In this document: in pieces, positions 59,019-64,000 of the stretch | How the letters are laid out: every line of letters starts with the position of its first letter | How positions within the stretch are numbered: the first letter of the stretch is position 1 | Origin: an uncultured Solirubrobacterales bacterium | Lineage (GTDB): Bacteria > Actinomycetota > Thermoleophilia > Solirubrobacterales > 70-9 | Length of the DNA stretch: 64,000 bases | Assembly (NCBI GenBank): GCA_963803755.1 | Contig: CAWDNP010000012.1 | Span: 111,307 to 175,306 of the forward strand | Direction of reading: 5' to 3' | Notes under the pieces: model-generated | What the model was told of the DNA's origin: nothing | Seen by the model: the letters and a program-made list of their open reading frames with translations, nothing else | Databases searched by the model: none | Program-made: the position numbers and the translations under genes

Positions 59019-59921
59019 TCAGGGCTGGATCAGGACGTTGTCGATCAGGCGAGCGCCGCCGACCTGGGCGGCGACCGCGACCAGCACCGGCCGGCCGTTC
59101 AGCTCGGCGACCGGGTAGAGCTCCTCGGCGTCGCGCGCCTCCAGGTACTCGGGCTCGATGCCCGCCGCCTTCAGCTCCTCACGAGCGGCGGCGAGGCCGG
59201 CGCCAAGCGACTCGGCTCTCGCACCCTTCCCGGCGGCGCGCAGCGCCCGCGATATCGCCGTTGCCCGCCGCCGGTCCTCGGTGCCGAGATAGGCGTTGCG
59301 GGAGCTCATCGCCAGGCCGTCTGGCTCGCGCACCGTGGGCAGCACCTCGATCCGCACCGGGAAGTCGAGGTCACGCGCCATACGGCGGATGACTGCCGCC
59401 TGCTGGGCGTCCTTCTGACCGAAGTAGGCGACCTCGGGCTGGACGGTATTGAAGAGCTTTGCAACTACCGTGGTGACGCCGCGGAAGTGGCCGGCACCGC
59501 GACGCGCCGGGTCGCCGCAAAGCACCTCGGTCAAGCCCTTTACCTCGACCTCGGTGGAAAAGTCCTCCGGGTAGACCTCCTCGACCGGTGGCGCGTAGAT
59601 GAGGTCGACACCGGCCTCCGCGGCGAGTCGCGTGTCGCGCTCCTCATCGCGCGGGTAGCGGTCGAGGTCCTCGCCGGGGCCGAACTGGGCCGGGTTGACG
59701 AAGAGGCTCATGACGACGACCTCACACTCGGCGCGGGCAGCGCGCAGCAGCGCGAGATGCCCCAAGTGCAGGTAGCCCATGGTCGGGACAAGGCCGATCG
59801 AGCGCCTGCAGGTGCGAGCCTCGGCCAGCGCGTCGCGCAGATCGGCCTTGGCGCGGATCGTAGGCACGCCGCCGCCTGTGGCAAGCGGGAAGTTGCTCAG
59901 TTGGGGTTTCATAGGGTCCAT
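59019..59921 (-). CDS. panC: Pantoate--beta-alanine ligase
   Basis: VPTMGYLHLGHLAL (HxGH), FVNPAQFGPGEDL and YFGQKDAQQ. Confidence 0.92.
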   Translation of the reverse strand: MDPMKPQLSNFPLATGGGVPTIRAKADLRDALAEARTCRRSIGLVPTMGYLHLGHLALLRAARAECEVVVMSLFVNPAQFGPGEDLDRYPRDEERDTRLAAEAGVDLIYAPPVEEVYPEDFSTEVEVKGLTEVLCGDPARRGAGHFRGVTTVVAKLFNTVQPEVAYFGQKDAQQAAVIRRMARDLDFPVRIEVLPTVREPDGLAMSSRNAYLGTEDRRRATAISRALRAAGKGARAESLGAGLAAAREELKAAGIEPEYLEARDAEELYPVAELNGRPVLVAVAAQVGGARLIDNVLIQP

Positions 59922-59961
59922 GCCCTTGGGGTCACGGCCTCAAAGGATTATAAAGCCTCCT

Positions 59962-60249
59962 ATGCCGATCTATGAGTTCGAATGCGGGGAGTGTGAGAGC
60001 CGTTTCGAGGAGCTGGTCCCCTCGGGCGCCGGGAGCCCTCCCTGTCCAGCGTGTGGATCGGGGCGGACGCGCCGGCTGCTTTCGCCAGTCTCCCCGGGGG
60101 GGCGCCAGCCGCGCGGCGCGGGCGTCAGGTCCGCTGAATCGAGGCGCCGCGAGCGCGAAGCAGCGCGCGGCGAGCGCCTGGCGGCGACGAAGCGCAAGCG
60201 TGCGACCGGGGAGATCCCGCCGCCGCGGCGGCGGAAGGGATCGCAGTGA
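59962..60249 (+). CDS. FmdB-family zinc-ribbon protein with a basic C-terminal tail
   Basis: [19 protein letters not shown]...CPACGS is the CxxC...CxxC FmdB ribbon. ATG 59962 is internal to track ORF 59779... Confidence 0.75.
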   Translation: MPIYEFECGECESRFEELVPSGAGSPPCPACGSGRTRRLLSPVSPGGRQPRGAGVRSAESRRREREAARGERLAATKRKRATGEIPPPRRRKGSQ

Positions 60250-60930
60250 GCCGGTCCCCGGAGGAGCGCCGCGCCGGGCTCGTCGAGCTCTACAAGGAAG
60301 TCCAGGCGTGCACCAGGTGTCCCCTCCATCGAGACGCGCACCAAAGCTGTCTTCGGGGCCGGCGACGCCGATGCCGACCTGATGTTCGTCGGCGAGGCGC
60401 CCGGGGCCGAAGAGGATCGACAGGGACTGCCCTTTGTCGGCCGGGCGGGGCAGCTCCTAGGCGAGCTGCTGGAGGGAATCGGGATGTCGCGAAACGACGT
60501 TTTCATCGCCAACGTCCTCAAGTCGAGGCCTCCCGGTAACCGGGACCCGCAACCACTTGAGATAGAGGCCTGTCGTCCCTACTTGTTTGAGCAGGTGCGG
60601 CTGATCGAGCCGAAGGTCGTCTGCACCCTAGGCAACTTCGCCACAAAGCTGCTCAGTGACAGCACGGCCGGGATCACCAAGGTGCGCGGGACGCCCCAGG
60701 TGCACGAGCTGGGCGGCCGCACCGTCTTCCTGCTGCCGCTCTTTCACCCCGCCGCGGCGCTGCGCACCCCGGCGGTAAGGGAGACCCTGCGCGGCGACTT
60801 CGAGCGCCTGCCGAAGTTACTCGCCGAGCCCCTGCCGGTCTCGACGGCTGAGATTCACGAGGCGGTCGAGGCCCAAGACGACAGCCCGCCGCCACCGCCT
60901 CCGGTCGACCAGCTCGACCTGTTTGGCTAG
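60246..60930 (+). pseudogene. udg: Family-4 uracil-DNA glycosylase, frame broken as sequenced near 60330
   Basis: The N-terminus ([14 protein letters not shown]) is in one frame. The continuation [40 protein letters not shown]...LFHPAA (ORF 60382..60930) is in the +1 frame. Confidence 0.85.
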
Positions 60931-60936
60931 GCGCGG

Positions 60937-61350
60937 ATGGAGAGGGTCGAGAGTTGCTCGGCGGCGGAGACCGAAGCGCTCGGTGCCAGCATCGCCGCTC
61001 GGCTGGGGTCCGGAGAGGTGGTCATGGTCAGCGGCAAGGTCGGCGCTGGCAAGACGACACTGATCCGCGGTGCCTGTCGGGCGCTCGGAGTCGAGGGTCC
61101 GGTCACCTCCCCGACCTTCACGATCGGCCAGCGCTACTCGGGCGGGCGGTTGCCCGTCTCCCACCTTGACCTCTACAGGCTGGAGAGCCTCGATAGGGAG
61201 GACCCGGCTTTGCTCGATGACTATCTCGACCCCGAAGGGGTCGCCTTCGTGGAGTGGCCGGCGGTGGCGGAGTCACGCCTCGCGCGTCCGGCGCTGGAGG
61301 TTCGGCTCCGCCATGCGGGCGGAGACCGCCGAGAGATCGAATTTGGATGA
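60937..61350 (+). CDS. tsaE: tRNA t6A37 biosynthesis ATPase TsaE
   Basis: GEVVMVSGKVGAGKTTLIRG, VTSPTFTIGQRY and HLDLYRL motifs. Confidence 0.88.
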   Translation: MERVESCSAAETEALGASIAARLGSGEVVMVSGKVGAGKTTLIRGACRALGVEGPVTSPTFTIGQRYSGGRLPVSHLDLYRLESLDREDPALLDDYLDPEGVAFVEWPAVAESRLARPALEVRLRHAGGDRREIEFG

Positions 61351-61354
61351 GCCG

Positions 61355-61726
61355 CTAGTACCCCGACTTCTTCAGTTGTTCTTTGGCCTTTTCGATCGCT
61401 TCGTTGGCCTTGCCCTTGGCTTCGTTTAGCTTCTTTTGGGCTTCCTTGCTGACTTTGTCGCTGTTCAGCCCCTTCTGGGCTTGTTCGATCGCCTTGTTGC
61501 CCTTACCCTGGACTTCCTTGAGCGTCTTCTGACCCTGGTTCGTCGCCTTGTTGAGCTGCTTCTGGCCTTGTTCTAAGGCCTTGTTGACTTCTTCCTTGGC
61601 GCCGCTGACCTGATGGCTGATGCTGTTGGAGGTACTGCTTCCTCCGCAGCCGGCCAAGATCACTCCACTTGCGGCTAGTGCCAGCACGGCCATGAGCGGC
61701 GTCGCCCGGTGGGTGAATCTCCTCAA
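61355..61726 (-). CDS. Small Lys/Gln/Ala-rich lipoprotein with ~11-residue repeats (LEA/apolipoprotein-like)
   Basis: TTG 61726 is preceded by AAAGGAGA. Signal peptide MRRFTHRATPLMAVLALAASGVILAGC has a lipobox. The mature part is repetitive (NKALEQGQKQL / NKATNQGQKTL / KEVQGKGNKAI ...). Region is visibly AT-richer than its flanks. Confidence 0.7.
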   Translation of the reverse strand: MRRFTHRATPLMAVLALAASGVILAGCGGSSTSNSISHQVSGAKEEVNKALEQGQKQLNKATNQGQKTLKEVQGKGNKAIEQAQKGLNSDKVSKEAQKKLNEAKGKANEAIEKAKEQLKKSGY

Positions 61727-61768
61727 CGCGGGTCTCCTTTCGGGACGAGGGAGCCGCACCTTACTCCC

Positions 61769-61783
61769 GGATGCGGCGCATCC
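61769..61783. promoter_or_regulatory. 15-bp palindrome in the divergent intergenic region (candidate operator)
   Basis: GGATGC-ggc-GCATCC lies between the divergent starts at 61726 (-) and 61870 (+). Confidence 0.25.
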
Positions 61784-61869
61784 ACCGGCTCGCGGGCGTG
61801 TTCGAGGAATGTGAAAGGGCGCTGTAGCATCGGCTCTGAAACTCGATCCAGAAGGGAAGGGACTTCCGC

Positions 61870-62241
61870 ATGAAGGGACTGAAGGCGCTGGCGGCAACGG
61901 TGTTGGGGGTTGCCCTGCTCACCGGCGCGGCGCCCGCGGCGGGGGCGGCAGCCTACAAACACTACGTTGGCTGCGGCGTCTCCGAACACGCCACGCCCGC
62001 CCATTCCTGCCCGAGGTCGAGCAAAAAGGGCGCCTTCTTCGAGAGCCTTGACGCCGACGTCTTCTACACCGTCTGCGTCAAGTTCCCGACCGGGAAACAT
62101 CTCTGCGCGCAAAAGCAGGAAGCGATCAAAGGGACGCTGTACGTGAACAAGATCACCTCCGACATCCCCGGCAAGCACAAAGTGACCTGGTTCGTTTCGG
62201 GGCAACGCGTCGGTTCCTACTCCTTCACCGTCGGGAAGTAG
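61870..62241 (+). CDS. Small secreted protein (signal peptide, four Cys), unknown family
   Basis: MKGLKALAATVLGVALLTGAAPAAGAAA signal peptide with RBS GAAGGGAAGGGA upstream. 123 aa. Confidence 0.65.
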   Translation: MKGLKALAATVLGVALLTGAAPAAGAAAYKHYVGCGVSEHATPAHSCPRSSKKGAFFESLDADVFYTVCVKFPTGKHLCAQKQEAIKGTLYVNKITSDIPGKHKVTWFVSGQRVGSYSFTVGK

Positions 62242-62248
62242 CGTCGAG

Positions 62249-62959
62249 CTGGTAGTCGTCGGTTTCGACACTGCGACCGGCGACACCGCCGTCTGCGTCG
62301 CACGCGGCGATGAGGTGCTGCACGAGGCGCTGCTGGGCCTCTCTGCGGAGGGCAGGCCCCGGCACGCAACGGTGCTGCTGGAGGAGGTGGAGCGAGCAAC
62401 CGCCGCGGGCGGTGGCTGGGGGACGGTCGGCCTGATCGCGGTCGGCCTCGGGCCGGGCTCGTTCACCGGGGTACGGATCGGGATCGCCACTGCGCGGGGC
62501 CTGGCGGCGAGCACCGGCCTGCCGTTGGCTGGAGTCTGCACGCTTGACGCGATCGGGCGGGCGCTGGACGAGCGAGGCAGTCGGGGGGCCGGCCGCCTCG
62601 CCGTTCTCGACGCCCGCCGCGGCGAGGTCTTCGCAGCGTTGTACTCGGCGGAGAGGGGCGAGCGGCTCTGGGAGCCGTTCGTCGCCTCACCCGCCGATCT
62701 CGTTGAGCGGGTGGCGGAGCTGCCCCAACCACCATGGGCGGGCGGATCGGGGGCGCTACGATTCCGCCAAGAGCTGGCCCGGTGCGACGTCGAGGTGCCC
62801 GACGACGCCGATCCCGTGCACCGGGTCGCCGCGCGGCACATCTGCGCGCTCGCGGCGGCCGGGGAGACGGGGGACGCCGGCCCGCTCGGCCCGATCTACC
62901 TGAGACCCCCCGACGCGGTGCGGTGGCATGAGCGAGACACTGTCCAGACAGCCGAGTGA
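62249..62959 (+). CDS. tsaB: tRNA t6A37 biosynthesis protein TsaB
   Basis: Conserved N-terminus (L)VVVGFDTATGDTAVCVA and GPGSFTGVRIGIATARGLA. The conserved N-terminal segment has no ATG, GTG or TTG in frame; CTG 62249 is the only candidate (track ORF starts at GTG 62315). Confidence 0.8.
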   Translation: MVVVGFDTATGDTAVCVARGDEVLHEALLGLSAEGRPRHATVLLEEVERATAAGGGWGTVGLIAVGLGPGSFTGVRIGIATARGLAASTGLPLAGVCTLDAIGRALDERGSRGAGRLAVLDARRGEVFAALYSAERGERLWEPFVASPADLVERVAELPQPPWAGGSGALRFRQELARCDVEVPDDADPVHRVAARHICALAAAGETGDAGPLGPIYLRPPDAVRWHERDTVQTAE

Positions 62960-63401
62960 GGTATCCCACGAGGTGAGGGTGAGGCGGCTCGCTTACAGCG
63001 ACCTGCCGGCAGTGATCGCGATCGAGCGGCGCTCCTTCCCGACGCCCTGGTCGTTGGCAATGTTCGTGCTGGAGCTCTCCAAGCCGTCCGGGATCTGCCT
63101 CGCGGCGACGACCGCCGGCGACGAACTGCTCGGCTACGTCGTTTGCTCCCGCTATGACCAGGTCTGGCACCTGATGAACGTCGCCGTTGCACCGGAGCGC
63201 CGCCGCTTCGGTGTCGCCGGCCAGCTGATCTCGCGACTCATCGATGAGGCCCGTGGGGAGCTGCCCTTCACCCTCGAGGTGCGGGTCTCAAACCTTGCGG
63301 CGATCGCCATGTATGAGCGCTTCGGCTTCCGCTCCGCCGGTGTCCGTCCCCGCTACTACCACGACAACGGCGAGGACGCGTTGATCATGTGGCTGGACTA
63401 G
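62928..63401 (+). CDS. rimI: Ribosomal-protein-alanine N-acetyltransferase
   Basis: IERRSFPTPWSLAMFVLEL and NVAVAPERRRFGVAGQLI (GNAT motif A). Sits between tsaB and tsaD. Confidence 0.85.
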   Translation: MSETLSRQPSEVSHEVRVRRLAYSDLPAVIAIERRSFPTPWSLAMFVLELSKPSGICLAATTAGDELLGYVVCSRYDQVWHLMNVAVAPERRRFGVAGQLISRLIDEARGELPFTLEVRVSNLAAIAMYERFGFRSAGVRPRYYHDNGEDALIMWLD

Positions 63402-63405
63402 CTCC

Positions 63406-64000
63406 TTGATCCTCGCGATCGAGACCTCCTGCGACGACACCTGCGCGGCCGTCCTCGACGGCCCGCACATCCTCGCCAACGCGATCTCCTCCCAGGCCGC
63501 CGCCCACGAGCAGTTCGGGGGCGTCGTGCCGGAGGTCGCCTCTCGCCACCATCTGGAGCTGACCGCGCCGGTGGTCGATGCCGCCCTCGATGAGGCGGGT
63601 GTCTCGCTCGACCAGATCGGGGCGGTGGCGGTCACCGCCGGTCCTGGCCTGATCGGCGCCCTCCTGGTCGGGGTCAGCACCGCGAAGGCGATCGCTGCGC
63701 CCCGTCGGCTGCCGCTGACCCCGGTCGATCACCTGCAGGGCCACGTCGCCGCCAACTTCCTCGAGCCCGAGCCGCTGGAGCCACCTTTCCTCTGCCTTGT
63801 TGCCAGCGGCGGGCACACGCTTTTGGCTGCCGTCCGCGACCGCCACGGCCACGAGGTCCTCGGCCAGACCCTCGACGACGCCGCCGGGGAGGCGTTTGAC
63901 AAGGCGGCCCGCATGCTCGGGCTCGGCTACCCCGGCGGGCCCGCCCTGGAGAGATTGGCAGCGGCGGGCGATCCCATCGCCTTCGAGCTACCGGTGGCGA
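63406..64000 (+). CDS. tsaD: tRNA N6-adenosine threonylcarbamoyltransferase TsaD, N-terminal part (3' end outside window)
   Basis: TTG 63406, then LILAIETSCDDTCAAV, FGGVVPEVASRHH, GPGLIGALLVG and VDHLQGH. Frame stays open to the window end and is absent from the ORF track for that reason. Confidence 0.88.
   Translation, partial: MILAIETSCDDTCAAVLDGPHILANAISSQAAAHEQFGGVVPEVASRHHLELTAPVVDAALDEAGVSLDQIGAVAVTAGPGLIGALLVGVSTAKAIAAPRRLPLTPVDHLQGHVAANFLEPEPLEPPFLCLVASGGHTLLAAVRDRHGHEVLGQTLDDAAGEAFDKAARMLGLGYPGGPALERLAAAGDPIAFELPVA

Noticed and set aside
61400-61620. A 33-nt-periodic repeat that could be mistaken for a small CRISPR-like or tandem-repeat array.
   Set aside because: The repeats are imperfect and contiguous with no spacers. 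They are in frame within the lipoprotein ORF and are therefore coding 11-residue repeats.

Overview
High-GC (about two-thirds G+C by eye, not computed) bacterial chromosomal core region, almost fully coding and mostly on the + strand. Gene content and order look Actinomycetota-like, possibly a deep-branching lineage such as Thermoleophilia or Rubrobacteria; that placement is inference only. Recognisable blocks, in order: mrdA'-rodA; rng-rplU-rpmA-obg-proB-proA-nadD-rsfS; a DivIVA-domain gene; a small AT-richer islet around tRNA-Ala(GGC); leuS; holA; rpsT; murJ plus a large membrane protein; lepA; a MaoC/Had-like dehydratase pair; hrcA-dnaJ-prmA; murI; yqeY-phoH-ybeY-era; hisIE-trpEGDC-(htrA-like)-trpFBA; pfkA; malic enzyme; polA; rpsA-coaE; an SLT transglycosylase; an MFS transporter; uvrB-uvrA; a ROK glucokinase; panC-panD-panB; a family-4 UDG; and tsaE ... 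tsaB-rimI-tsaD'. I saw no rRNA, CRISPR array, transposase, integrase or recognisable defence system, and I cannot support a claim of a novel multi-gene system here. The most notable observations follow. (1) At least ten conserved genes, several of them normally essential, are split by single-nucleotide frameshifts; assembly indel error explains this better than biology. (2) Two small AT-richer insertions interrupt conserved contexts: a frameshifted PD-(D/E)XK nuclease gene plus an orphan Phd-like antitoxin ORF flanking tRNA-Ala, and a divergent pair of secreted or lipoprotein genes inside the t6A operon. (3) HrcA is unusually short and the adjacent DnaJ has no cysteines. (4) An HtrA-like protease gene sits inside the trp operon behind an AT-rich repeat-containing region. 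The many long antisense ORFs in the track are high-GC artefacts.
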